Source of the DNA: an uncultured Candidatus Saccharibacteria bacterium
Lineage (GTDB): Bacteria; Patescibacteriota; Minisyncoccia; Phycocordibacterales; CSBR16-119
NCBI GenBank assembly: GCA_964589975.1
Contig: CAZPVH010000004.1
Location: 10,469 to 74,468 of the forward strand
Reading direction: 5' to 3'
DNA length: 64,000 nt
Shown: positions 18,929 through 28,757 of the stretch, one piece after another
Layout: each line of letters opens with the position of its first letter
Position numbering within the stretch: position 1 is the stretch's first letter
Notes under the pieces: model-generated
Seen by the model: only the letters and a program-made list of their open reading frames with translations
The model's database searches: none
Told to the model about the DNA's origin: nothing
Translations under genes and position numbers: made by a program

Positions 18929-19345
18929 ATGCGTTTCCAGGTTCCCCAATTCATCGACATCGAAGACAAGATCTTCGGACCGTTCACGTTCAAGCAGTTC
19001 GTCTATTTGGCGGGCGGCGCCGGCGCGTCTTACGCCATTTTCAAGCTTTTGCCTATCTACATCTCCGTTTTGCTTATCTTGCCGATCCTTGGAGTCGCCA
19101 TGGCACTTACTTTTTACAAAGTGAACGGCAAGCCGTTCATTGATATCCTCCAAGCCTGGTTCATATACACCTTCAAATCGAAGCTTTTCATCTGGAAGCA
19201 GCGCAAGGTCGAGAAAAAGAAAGAAGTTGTAGAAAAGAAGCCAGAAGCTCATCCAATGTCGAACATTCCAAAGCTTACGGAGTCGCGTCTCTCAGATATT
19301 TCTTGGAGCCTAGATGTCCTAGACATGCAGCAGAAGGATAAATAA
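18929..19345 (+). CDS. PrgI family protein (VirB3-like)
   Basis: FQVPQFIDIEDKIFGPFTFKQF followed by two TMs. Confidence 0.88.
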   Translation: MRFQVPQFIDIEDKIFGPFTFKQFVYLAGGAGASYAIFKLLPIYISVLLILPILGVAMALTFYKVNGKPFIDILQAWFIYTFKSKLFIWKQRKVEKKKEVVEKKPEAHPMSNIPKLTESRLSDISWSLDVLDMQQKDK

Positions 19346-19351
19346 TTTTTT

Positions 19352-19996
19352 ATGGCACTTAATGCAAGAGCATCACAGCAGTTCGTTCCGATAAAAGAGA
19401 TCCAAGATGGGATCGTCGTTTTGAAAGACGGCGGTCTTCGGGCAATTCTCATGGCTTCTTCCATTAACCTTTCTCTAAAATCGGAGGATGAGCAAACTGC
19501 GACGATCATGCAGTTCCAAAATTTCTTGAATACGCTCGATTTTTCCATACAGATCTCGGTGCAGTCGAGGAAATTCAATATCACAAACTATGTAGCCCTG
19601 CTTGAGGGTCGGGTTAGGGAGCAGACCGAGCCGCTTCTAAAGATTCAAACTGAAGAATATATTAAATTCATTAAGGATTTTACCGAAACGACCAACATTA
19701 TGACCAAGCACTTTTTCTTGGTCATACCCCTAATGCCACTCAAAGGTGCTGACGGTGGTCTAATGGACAAAGTGCTGCCGGCGAATAAAACAATGACGCG
19801 CGCAGAGAAGGAAGAGGCTTTTAGCGAGGAGCGCTCACAACTTGAACAGCGTATTGCCGTTGTTGAACAGGGACTTTCTCGCATTGGCGTCCGAACTCTT
19901 CAGCTCAAAACGGAGGATGAGGTCGAATTGTTTTATCGCGTCTTCAATCCGGGCGACGCCGAAAGTCCGATTGATATAACTAATCAAGACAAATAA
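19352..19996 (+). CDS. T4SS-associated protein (VirB4/TraC N-terminal-like)
   Basis: SSINLSLKSEDEQ..FQNFLNTLDF.IQI; lies between PrgI and VirB4. Confidence 0.75.
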   Translation: MALNARASQQFVPIKEIQDGIVVLKDGGLRAILMASSINLSLKSEDEQTATIMQFQNFLNTLDFSIQISVQSRKFNITNYVALLEGRVREQTEPLLKIQTEEYIKFIKDFTETTNIMTKHFFLVIPLMPLKGADGGLMDKVLPANKTMTRAEKEEAFSEERSQLEQRIAVVEQGLSRIGVRTLQLKTEDEVELFYRVFNPGDAESPIDITNQDK

Positions 19997-19999
19997 TTT

Positions 20000-22072
20000 A
20001 TGGGACTTCTAGATCTCCTCTCGGGGAAAAAACCAAAGAATCCGAAGAAAGAAATCCTGCCGGTATTGCCGGAAGAGATTTATCAGGCTGCGACTTTGGA
20101 GCTTCAGGATATTTTGGCGCCGTCGGCTCTTAAAATATCGCCGAAGGCCCTGAATCTCGGCGACAAAATCGCCCGAACGTATTTCGTCATTTCATACCCA
20201 AGGTTCCTATCAGACAATTGGTTCACTCCAATCATAAACCTCGACAAGATCTTCGATATTGCGATCCACATCCATCCCTTGGATACGAACACCATTCTCC
20301 GAAAATTTCAAAAGAAAGTGGCTGAGGTTCAGAGTCAGGTTAATGTTAGAGAATCAAAAGGCCTTGTGCGTGATCCGGTTCTCGATACGGCGTATCAGGA
20401 TCTTGAAGCTCTTCGTGACTCTTTGCAACAGGCTCAAGACAAGATGTTCGACGTTGGACTCTACATCACCATTTACGCGGATTCCATGCCGGAGCTTTCG
20501 AAGATTGAGAATGAAATCAAGTCGATCCTGGAAGCCAAGCTTGTCTATATCAAGCCAGCGCTATTTCAGCAGGATGTTGGTTTCAATAGCGTGGCGCCGC
20601 TTGCGACAGACTTCTTGGCTGTTCATCAGAAGATGAATACCGAGCCTCTTTCATCCATCTTTCCATTCGTCTCTTTCGATCTTTCGTCCGACAAGGGAAT
20701 TCTTTACGGCATAAATCGTCACAACTCTTCTCTGGTTATTTTCGACCGCTTTTCGCTCGAAAACTATAACTCGGTCACGTTTGCCAAGTCCGGTTCGGGT
20801 AAATCATATTCAACCAAACTAGAGATTCTCCGAACGCTCATGTTCGACGCGGAAGTCATCGTGATCGACCCCGAGAGGGAATACGAATATCTCTCTGAGG
20901 CCATTGGTGGCCGGTATTTCAATATTTCGCTCTCGTCCGAACACCACATCAACCCTTTTGATTTGCCTATTCCGACCGCCGATGAGACGCCGGAAGACGT
21001 TCTTCGCGCCAACACTATCCAGCTGGTTGGAATGTTTCGTATCATGCTCGGGGGCCTCACTCCGGAGGAAGACGCGATTATCGACAAGGCTGTGACAGAG
21101 ACCTACGCTCTAAAAGACATCACGTCAGATTCGGATTTTGCAAACATAGAGCCGCCTCTCCTTTCTGATTTCGAAATGGTTCTCGGTGGAATTGAAGGCT
21201 CAGACTCAATCATGACTCGGCTAGCCAAATACACGAAGGGTTCCTGGAAAAATTTCATTAACCAGCCGACAAACGTTGATATTAACAAGCGTTTTATCGT
21301 TTTCTCTGTTCGCGACATGGAAGACGATTTGAAGCCGGTTGCGATGTATATCGTCACGCACTTTATCTGGAACGCCGTCAGGAAGAATCTCAAAAAGCGC
21401 CTGCTTATCGTTGATGAGGCCTGGTGGATGATGAAGAGCGAAGATACTGCTTCCTTCCTTTACAGTATCGCCAAGCGAGGACGAAAATACTTCCTCGGCC
21501 TCTCAACCATCACTCAGGACGTGAATGACTTCGTGGAGAGCCAGTACGGCATGGCTATTGTCACGAACTCTTCGATGCAGCTACTCCTCAAGCAGTCCAC
21601 GAGCTCGGCCGACGCTCTCCAAAAAGTCTTTAACCTGACGGACGAGGAAAAATATCTCCTGCTCGAATCGGAAGTCGGCGAGGGCATCTTCTTTGCGGGC
21701 TTGAAGCATGTTGCCATAAAGGTCATTGCCTCATACACCGAAGATCAGATCATTACTTCGGACCCATCCCAGGTTTTGGCGATCAAGAAGGCTAAAGAGC
21801 AATTCCGAGAAGACGAAAAGGAGTTCGTGCGTACGGAAGGCGAACGTTTGGCAGGGGCCATGAATATTGAAGAAAGGCCAGAACCGACGTCATCTCCGGT
21901 CGAAGAATCGCCGACTAGACCCGCACAAGTTGTGGCTGAGCCAGAAAATCCAATTCCTCCCGCAAAGTCTACGGGGCCGAGGCCTCAGACAGAAACAGAG
22001 AATCTGGCCGAAGAGAGCGAGGGGCTGTCTGACGAGATTGATGATTTGGAGAAGATGTTTAAAGAATATTAG
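20000..22072 (+). CDS. virB4: VirB4-like T4SS ATPase
   Basis: Walker A AKSGSGKS, VIDPEREY, INPFDL, Walker B LIVDEAW, KRGRKY, ITQDV. Confidence 0.9.
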   Translation: MGLLDLLSGKKPKNPKKEILPVLPEEIYQAATLELQDILAPSALKISPKALNLGDKIARTYFVISYPRFLSDNWFTPIINLDKIFDIAIHIHPLDTNTILRKFQKKVAEVQSQVNVRESKGLVRDPVLDTAYQDLEALRDSLQQAQDKMFDVGLYITIYADSMPELSKIENEIKSILEAKLVYIKPALFQQDVGFNSVAPLATDFLAVHQKMNTEPLSSIFPFVSFDLSSDKGILYGINRHNSSLVIFDRFSLENYNSVTFAKSGSGKSYSTKLEILRTLMFDAEVIVIDPEREYEYLSEAIGGRYFNISLSSEHHINPFDLPIPTADETPEDVLRANTIQLVGMFRIMLGGLTPEEDAIIDKAVTETYALKDITSDSDFANIEPPLLSDFEMVLGGIEGSDSIMTRLAKYTKGSWKNFINQPTNVDINKRFIVFSVRDMEDDLKPVAMYIVTHFIWNAVRKNLKKRLLIVDEAWWMMKSEDTASFLYSIAKRGRKYFLGLSTITQDVNDFVESQYGMAIVTNSSMQLLLKQSTSSADALQKVFNLTDEEKYLLLESEVGEGIFFAGLKHVAIKVIASYTEDQIITSDPSQVLAIKKAKEQFREDEKEFVRTEGERLAGAMNIEERPEPTSSPVEESPTRPAQVVAEPENPIPPAKSTGPRPQTETENLAEESEGLSDEIDDLEKMFKEY

Positions 22073-22075
22073 GAA

Positions 22076-22239
22076 GCTCCGCAGAATGCTTATTTAGGAA
22101 TCCTCCGAGATGCGCGCCCTCCATCCCTCGTAGCCCTCGGAATGGAGAAAACTGGCGCGCCCCCTCACGAAAAAGCTCCTAAAAGGGAGCTTTTTCTGCG
22201 GGTTCGTTCTCGGATTCCTAAATAAGCACTCTGCTCCGC
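22076..22239 (+). repeat. GCTCCGC-family structured repeat (full copy)
   Basis: 23-bp IR 22081-22103/22212-22234 with one mismatch, inner stems, CTGCGGGTTCGTTCTCG shared with the 43767 copy. Confidence 0.8.
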
Positions 22240-22314
22240 GGAGAGCGGAGAGGTCTCAATAGTTTTCCTACTAGCAGCTTATAACTTCGGACTCGGTTTT
22301 GATATAATATTCCC

Positions 22315-22899
22315 ATGAATCAAGACAATACGGACCCGAAGACTATCAACTCTGATGACCAGAATACGATGGCTGATGCGGGCGTCGACATAACCGGCGG
22401 ATCGGGGGAGAATATTGCCGAAGGCGAGAAGGAACAGGCGTCGGAAGTCATGGATATTGATAGTTCGGCAGATGATGCTACGGCTGAAAAGGCCGGCATA
22501 AAGTTCGTCCAAACCGACAAAACTGATTTATCCGCGATGGCTGAGGCCAAGCAGAAAGCAGCATCTGACTCAAGGGCTCTAGAAGCTGAGTTTAAGGCGG
22601 AGTTTCCGGATTTCAAGGGTCCGCTTAAACCAGAATCAGAAAATGCTGTTATGGGTAAAGTAACTTCGCTCGGAACACTCCTTGCTAAAATTCAGGAAAA
22701 GCTTGGCTTAAAGAAGACATCGGTCCGGGAAGAGCTTGGAAGTCTCAAAAAGATGAAGGATGCTATCGGAAAAGACATTGAAGAGATCAAGGAGCTTGAG
22801 AGTTCAGAGCAAAAGATTAAAGAAGAGATTGGCAAAATTGAGTCCATTAGGAAAGAGGTAGAAGATATAGAAGAGAAGCTCGGAGAAGATTTGAAGTAG
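22315..22899 (+). CDS. Acidic/coiled-coil hypothetical protein
   Basis: 194-aa ORF, TGA-TATAAT-6nt-ATG. Confidence 0.75.
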   Translation: MNQDNTDPKTINSDDQNTMADAGVDITGGSGENIAEGEKEQASEVMDIDSSADDATAEKAGIKFVQTDKTDLSAMAEAKQKAASDSRALEAEFKAEFPDFKGPLKPESENAVMGKVTSLGTLLAKIQEKLGLKKTSVREELGSLKKMKDAIGKDIEEIKELESSEQKIKEEIGKIESIRKEVEDIEEKLGEDLK

Positions 22900-22911
22900 C
22901 AGCTATTTAAA

Positions 22912-23892
22912 ATGACAAATCGGGACTTTTATAAAATATTTTTTGTTGCCGTTTTAGTTCTTTTGCCGTTCTTTTCTTACGCCCAGGTACAAGTTGGTCG
23001 TCGCATTACGCTCGTGGCTTCGCCTCAAAGCCCTGGACCTGGAGAGTCGGTTGTCATCACAGTTTCATCCTCTGAAATAAATATAGATCTTTCCAACATC
23101 GAGTGGTCGGTTGACGGTAAGTCGGCCCAAAAAGGCAAGGGGATGAGAAACTTTTCTTTTACCGCTCCTGGAAATGGAAAATCAAGCACCGTGAGTGTTA
23201 AGGTCTCGCCTCCGACCGGTACCACCGCGAACGAGTCAATAACATTCTCGCCGGCTGATATGGATATCATTTGGGAGGCTGAAAATGCATATACCCCTCC
23301 ATTTTATAAAGGAAAGACGCTACCCTTGAAACAGGGCCAAGTAAAGATAGTGGCAATTCCGAACGTTAGGAGTCAAAGTGGAAATATGATGAAACCATCG
23401 GAGTTTGCCTTCAGCTGGAAGAAAGACGGCCAAAATATGCAGGGCCAGTCTGGCTTCGGCAAGACTAGCTTCTCGTACATGAGTCAGCTTCTTGAAGAGA
23501 CCAATAGGATTGATGTCTTGGCTTCTAACGGCTTGAAACAGGTTGGCGGAGGAATCATTATTTCATATTTCGAGCCAGACTTCGTATTTTATGAAGTAGA
23601 TACATTGCTTGGACCCAAATACCAAAGTGCGCTTCGTGATGGTTTTCGTCCTGAAAAATCGCAGTTAACGCTTGTTGCGGAGCCTTATTTCTTGCCAGCG
23701 AATTGGCAAATAGACCCAGGAACTACTTTTGAGTGGAAAGTAAATAATCAAAAAGTGGGCCCGAAAACGAAGAATACATTGGCTGTAAATGCTGCCTCTC
23801 AGACTAGTAGCTTCAATGTGAGTGTTACATATAATGAGGCTAAGAAACTTTTTCGCAAATTCTCCGAGACAATCAGCATAAATCCTAAATAA
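22912..23892 (+). CDS. Secreted beta-rich (Ig/PKD-like) protein
   Basis: Signal peptide; repeated W-x-V/K-D/N-G motifs; YTPPFYKGK. Confidence 0.75.
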   Translation: MTNRDFYKIFFVAVLVLLPFFSYAQVQVGRRITLVASPQSPGPGESVVITVSSSEINIDLSNIEWSVDGKSAQKGKGMRNFSFTAPGNGKSSTVSVKVSPPTGTTANESITFSPADMDIIWEAENAYTPPFYKGKTLPLKQGQVKIVAIPNVRSQSGNMMKPSEFAFSWKKDGQNMQGQSGFGKTSFSYMSQLLEETNRIDVLASNGLKQVGGGIIISYFEPDFVFYEVDTLLGPKYQSALRDGFRPEKSQLTLVAEPYFLPANWQIDPGTTFEWKVNNQKVGPKTKNTLAVNAASQTSSFNVSVTYNEAKKLFRKFSETISINPK

Positions 23893-23893
23893 T

Positions 23894-25393
23894 ATGAGCA
23901 GATCTGCATACAAAAAAATAATTACAGTCGCATTCTTTTTCACCATCGCGGTTGTTTTTATGCCGAGCAAGGCAGACGCAGCGTGTGCAGTTAGTAGTGT
24001 TGCAATGCGTCCGAATGGTGTTCAGCCGACTCAGACAGGCGACACAGATCCGCCAACTCCGGATGATTTTCCAGGACCTAACAATCCGTATAGGAATGAG
24101 AATACGGGTTACGGGAATGAGGGTTATAATGACGACAATCCAAACTTTCCACCGTTTGTGTATGCGGATGTTAGTACCTCTGGCTGTACAAATGATTCTT
24201 TAATTTTTTCGGTAAAGACTCACGTCGAGGCTACTGACGGCGTTGAGGCAGTCCTAGAAGAGATTGTTGTCGTAACGACAAATTCCGATTACGTGTATAT
24301 GCCTGGCCATACGGCCCACAGTAGCTCTTTTACAGTAGCTTACCGCGCGGGTGATCGTTACTGTACAGCTGAAGATTCGGTTTTTGATTGTCAGATATTT
24401 CTTGAGATAAAAAACTCCGATGGTCAACTTTTGTTTTCAAAAGGCACCGCTCAACAGCCAACTCTTTTGTATGAATGTGAATTACCCTGCGGACCCACCG
24501 GCGCAAATTGGCTTTTTGTCGGAGTTCAGGATTTTGGAGTCTCGCTCGACGCGCCGATGGGTGTTGATTTAGGAGACTTTGATTACTTCACTGAGGGGTA
24601 CGACCAGTATCTGGCTCCGTTACCAGGATTCACTGCAACGACCACATCAACCCTAGGCGGTTTTCTGAAAGGTCTTTTCACCGTCCTCGTCATGGTCGCC
24701 GGCATACTGGCATTTATTATGCTTGTGCTTGGTGGTATTACTTATGCGACCGCCGACGCGATCAGCGGGAAAACCAGTGGCAAGGAAATGATGCTAAATG
24801 CGGTCTTGGGACTCATTATCGCTCTTGGAGCATGGGTGATTCTAAACAGCATAAATCCGAACCTGGCTTCAAACCTCTCGATAACCATTCCGAAAGCGAA
24901 CTTCATTCCACGTTACGAGCCTGAAACCGGAGTTGGTGAAAACGTTGAGACGATCACTCTGAACCTTGTTGGCGGCGGCACCACAACCATGACAGCCTGC
25001 GACGAAACGAAAATTGTGCCCATAACAGCCTTTGGTAAGACTTTCCGAATACATCAGGGCCTTGTTACAAATATTCAGGCTGTCGAACAGCAGTGGCTTG
25101 CTATGCCAGAAGATCAGCGCTATAAGATAACCTCGATCGGCGGTTATAATTGTCGAAAGGTTAAAGGTACTCAAACATGGTCGAGTCATGCTTTCGGTAC
25201 TGCAGTTGATATAAATCCGAACAAAAATCCTTTTACCAGCGGACCATTGGTAACCGATATGCCGCCAAGCTTTGTTCAGCTCTGGACAAGTCATGGGTGG
25301 GGCTGGGGAGGAGGTTGGGATAGTGTGAAAGACGCTATGCACTTCAGTAAATATCCGACAGCCGAAGATGGAGACGCTACAATTTCACCATAA
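23894..25393 (+). CDS. Pilin (TrbC/VirB2-like) fused to M15-family peptidase
   Basis: TM hairpin AGILAFIMLVLGGITY...GLIIALGAWVILNSINP; GGYNCR, SSHAFGTAVDINP, WGGGW..KDAMHF. Confidence 0.82.
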   Translation: MSRSAYKKIITVAFFFTIAVVFMPSKADAACAVSSVAMRPNGVQPTQTGDTDPPTPDDFPGPNNPYRNENTGYGNEGYNDDNPNFPPFVYADVSTSGCTNDSLIFSVKTHVEATDGVEAVLEEIVVVTTNSDYVYMPGHTAHSSSFTVAYRAGDRYCTAEDSVFDCQIFLEIKNSDGQLLFSKGTAQQPTLLYECELPCGPTGANWLFVGVQDFGVSLDAPMGVDLGDFDYFTEGYDQYLAPLPGFTATTTSTLGGFLKGLFTVLVMVAGILAFIMLVLGGITYATADAISGKTSGKEMMLNAVLGLIIALGAWVILNSINPNLASNLSITIPKANFIPRYEPETGVGENVETITLNLVGGGTTTMTACDETKIVPITAFGKTFRIHQGLVTNIQAVEQQWLAMPEDQRYKITSIGGYNCRKVKGTQTWSSHAFGTAVDINPNKNPFTSGPLVTDMPPSFVQLWTSHGWGWGGGWDSVKDAMHFSKYPTAEDGDATISP

Positions 25394-25399
25394 TTGTTT

Positions 25400-27031
25400 A
25401 TGAGAAACTCAAAAGCATTCAAAATTCTAGCTTTCATCGCGCTCTTCCTCCTCATTATCTTTTCTTGGATTCTCTGGAAAGACGCGCAGGAAAAGAAAAT
25501 TCGCGAGACGCCTCGCAATTCCGGTATCGAGGACCCGTTTGGGGCAGGGGCGGTGGATACAGAGCTCCCAAGCTCCGGCAGCGCTAATCAAGGTACGGGT
25601 ACTACCGGCGGCCAGGATATTCCTGTCTCAAATCCGGTTCCTGATCAGTCGGTAACGGTCGTCGAAGATAGTCCTGCTCTCAGGCAGATTTCTGACAAGC
25701 CGGTTGCCGGCGCTACATTTGTCGTAGAAGAGCGAATAATTCCGGAAGAAGAGAGCGCAACGCCTGCCACAGGACTTATTGAGGTTTATGATTTCTCGGG
25801 GTATAAGACTATCCGTTTTGGTGACAAGGCTGATGAAATTATTGCCATCAAGACCGTACTCAATCGTCAAACGCCTTCGCCGGGACTTACAATAAACAAT
25901 GATTACGATACCGACATGAAGAACGCGACTGTCGATTTTCAGAATAGGTCTGGGTTGCCGGGAGATGGTGTGATTGGCCCGAAGACTTATCAGAAGCTCA
26001 ATTTGCTTCAGGGTATTACCGCTTTTACTTCCACAAAAAAGCCGGCTAACAAGGAATTTGTTCTGATGGCTCGGTTCGTCGATTCCGTAAGCGGCACAGT
26101 TCACGATAGAGCGGTTAGGAAAATGGAAGAAGAGAAAGCCGTGACGAAAACGAGCGTGCCGCGCGTAGTAGAAGCATTCTTTGATTCGACCGGCACAAAT
26201 ATCATCATGCGCTATCTCAAAGATAATATTATCGAAACATATCTCGCTAAACTTACTTTTCCAAAGATTGATCCAAACCTGACTCAAGAAGAGAAGGATA
26301 AGGTGTCTAAAGCCGCTCAAGTTTCCGGAGAGTTTCTTCCGGAAAACATCGAGACGGTTTCCATCTCGCGCGACAAGAAAAGCTTTTTCTATCTGAACCC
26401 TGTGGCGGGCGGTGTGGCCGGTATCACTTATAATTTTGCGACCAAAGCGAAGAAGCAAATTTTTGAAAGCCCTCTTTCAGAGTGGCTGGCTGATTGGGGA
26501 AGCGATGGAAAGATTTCTCTTACTACAAAGGCTTCAGGCTTAGTTCCAGGGTACTCGTATACTATAGATTCAAAGGTCGGTACCATGGCTAGACTTATCG
26601 GCGGCGAAAAAGGCCTGATGACACTTCTCTCGCCTGATGGTAAAAAACTACTTTACTCGACATTTGTGAACTCAAGTATTGAGACATTTATTTATGACCT
26701 TGCCGCTGGAAAATCAACAGGTATATCTCCGGCGGCGCTGCCAGAGAAGTGTGTATGGTCCAAGGATTCTAAAAATGTTTACTGCCTTGCGCCGATCAAG
26801 GCTATGTCCGGAAACATGCCTGACGATTGGTATAAGGGCAAGGTAACGTTTGACGATGCGCTCTGGGTCACGGATCTCATAAACTATAACGGCAACATTA
26901 TCTATGATTTCAAGGCGAAGTCCGGCCAAGGAATCGATGCTGTAAATCCAGTCATGAATGCAACGGAAGATTACATTCTATTCAAGAATAGGAAAGACGG
27001 GACGCTTTGGGGGTACGACTTGAATAAGTGA
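25400..27031 (+). CDS. Membrane-anchored protein with peptidoglycan-binding domain and beta-propeller-like C-terminus
   Basis: FQNRSGLPGDGVIGPKT PG-binding motif; LSPDGKKLLY, PEKCVWS. Confidence 0.8.
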   Translation: MRNSKAFKILAFIALFLLIIFSWILWKDAQEKKIRETPRNSGIEDPFGAGAVDTELPSSGSANQGTGTTGGQDIPVSNPVPDQSVTVVEDSPALRQISDKPVAGATFVVEERIIPEEESATPATGLIEVYDFSGYKTIRFGDKADEIIAIKTVLNRQTPSPGLTINNDYDTDMKNATVDFQNRSGLPGDGVIGPKTYQKLNLLQGITAFTSTKKPANKEFVLMARFVDSVSGTVHDRAVRKMEEEKAVTKTSVPRVVEAFFDSTGTNIIMRYLKDNIIETYLAKLTFPKIDPNLTQEEKDKVSKAAQVSGEFLPENIETVSISRDKKSFFYLNPVAGGVAGITYNFATKAKKQIFESPLSEWLADWGSDGKISLTTKASGLVPGYSYTIDSKVGTMARLIGGEKGLMTLLSPDGKKLLYSTFVNSSIETFIYDLAAGKSTGISPAALPEKCVWSKDSKNVYCLAPIKAMSGNMPDDWYKGKVTFDDALWVTDLINYNGNIIYDFKAKSGQGIDAVNPVMNATEDYILFKNRKDGTLWGYDLNK

Positions 27032-27048
27032 TTAGATTCTATTGGTTA

Positions 27049-27082
27049 GAGAAAAAACGAGCCGACAGGCTCGTTTTTTCTC
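27049..27082. terminator. Bidirectional terminator
   Basis: GAGAAAAAACGAGCC-gaca-GGCTCGTTTTTTCTC. Confidence 0.8.
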
Positions 27083-27109
27083 CATAAGTTATTAACTGAT
27101 CAACAGAAG

Positions 27110-27700
27110 CTACTTTTTCGTTTCAGGTTTCGTCATGATTTTGTCGACGACACCGTATTTTTTGGCCTCGTCAGCATCCATCCAGTAGTCACGGTCGACG
27201 TCTTTCTCGATCCGTTCGACTTTCTGTCCAGTGACTTTCGAGAGCATCCGATTAAGCTTGTCTTTAATTTTAAGAATATTCTGTGCTGTAATGGCAATGT
27301 CTGAGGCCTGGCCGGAAATACCGCCGAGAGGCTGGTGGATCATTACTTCGGCGTTAGGGAGAGCATAGCGCTTGCCTTTCTGTCCATGAGCCAGGAGGAG
27401 GGCTGCGCCTGAAGCCGCGATGCCGACACAGATCGTAGAGACATCAGGCTTCACGTGATTCATGGCGTCTATCATGGCCATGGTGCCGGAGACAGCTCCG
27501 CCCGGTGAATTTATGTAGAGGTAAATATCTTTCTTTGGGTCTTCAGATTCAAGAAAAAGAAGCTGGGCGATGATGGTGTTCGCTGTGCGGTCGTCGATCT
27601 CTCCGGTCAAGAAGATAATACGTTCGCGAAGAAGGCGAGAGTAAATATCGTACGCTCGCTCGCCGAATTGGGATTTTTCGATGACGGTTGGGATTAGCAT
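27110..27700 (-). CDS. clpP: ATP-dependent Clp protease proteolytic subunit
   Basis: [25 protein letters not shown]. Confidence 0.97.
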   Translation of the reverse strand: MLIPTVIEKSQFGERAYDIYSRLLRERIIFLTGEIDDRTANTIIAQLLFLESEDPKKDIYLYINSPGGAVSGTMAMIDAMNHVKPDVSTICVGIAASGAALLLAHGQKGKRYALPNAEVMIHQPLGGISGQASDIAITAQNILKIKDKLNRMLSKVTGQKVERIEKDVDRDYWMDADEAKKYGVVDKIMTKPETKK

Positions 27701-27736
27701 GTTGAGTGAATTAGATGATAATGGTTACAGTTTACA

Positions 27737-28756
27737 CTACTTCTGGCTTTCGAGGAATTTCATCACCTCTTCGTTTTCGAGGACGGATTCGATGTACGCG
27801 CGAGCGTTATTCTCATCTACGTCCTTATAGTTTTCCATAACTTTCTTCACCTCAGCGTTTACAGCGTCTGCCGGAGCTTTTATTTTCTCGGCCTTGGCAA
27901 TTTCAGCGACTACGAGCTGGAGCTTGGCGCGCTTTTCGGCGTTCTCTCGCCAATCCTTTCTCATGTCTTCAGGAGTCTTGCCAAGGTTTTTCATGTAGTC
28001 ATCGTACTTTAGTCCCATGCCTTCAATATCGGCTTTCATTTTGGATTCCATTTTCATGATTTCGGAATCAATTAGCACTTCTGGGACATCGATTGGGGTG
28101 TTTTCGATTATCTTTTCTATAATCTCGAGCCTTCTTTTGTCCTTGGCGCGGAACTCTTTCTCACTGCGGATATTCTCTGTGATCTTGGTTTTGAAATCCT
28201 GTAGACTTTCGAATCCGCCAAGCTTTTTTATGTATTCCTCATCAATCTCGGGAAGGGGTGCGTCAGCAGGAATCTCAGCGCCTTTGGCCTCTTCCTTTTG
28301 CTTCATCATTTGGACGTTCTTTAGTACGCCTTCGATCTCGGCGGGGGTAACTTCAGTTTTTATTTCATCTTTGTTAAAACTCTTGGCGATTGATTTATAA
28401 TCGGCAAGCTTTACTTCTGGAAGCGTCGCAACAGTAATGCTAAACCCGAGGGGATTGCCCTTGGCTAGCTTTGTAATATTTATGCGAGGATAGCCGATGG
28501 CGTCAATCTTGTGTTCAGTCAGAATTTTAGGATACTGCTTCGATAGTGCTGTCTGAGCCATTTCTTCGAGTATTGCCATTTCATTCACATTCTTCTCAAC
28601 AATATTTGCAGGAATGTGGCCTGGGCGGAAGCCGTCGACTTTGACGTGCTCTCCAAGGTGCTTCAGGGCGCCGGCGCGGAAAGACTCAAAAGTCTCCGCG
28701 TCAATTTCGCCTTTAATCTCAACCATACCTTTGTCTAGTTTTTTGATTTCAACCAT
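27737..28756 (-). CDS. tig: Trigger factor lacking the FKBP PPIase domain
   Basis: VDGFRPGHIP ribosome-binding motif; upstream of clpP; ~339 aa from ATG 28756. Confidence 0.9.
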   Translation of the reverse strand: MVEIKKLDKGMVEIKGEIDAETFESFRAGALKHLGEHVKVDGFRPGHIPANIVEKNVNEMAILEEMAQTALSKQYPKILTEHKIDAIGYPRINITKLAKGNPLGFSITVATLPEVKLADYKSIAKSFNKDEIKTEVTPAEIEGVLKNVQMMKQKEEAKGAEIPADAPLPEIDEEYIKKLGGFESLQDFKTKITENIRSEKEFRAKDKRRLEIIEKIIENTPIDVPEVLIDSEIMKMESKMKADIEGMGLKYDDYMKNLGKTPEDMRKDWRENAEKRAKLQLVVAEIAKAEKIKAPADAVNAEVKKVMENYKDVDENNARAYIESVLENEEVMKFLESQK

Positions 28757-28757
28757 A

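Noticed and set aside
25628-26458. Long antisense ORFs (e.g. 276 aa here, 47596-48102, 57502-58083)
   Set aside because: Shadows of well-supported genes on the opposite strand, with no motifs
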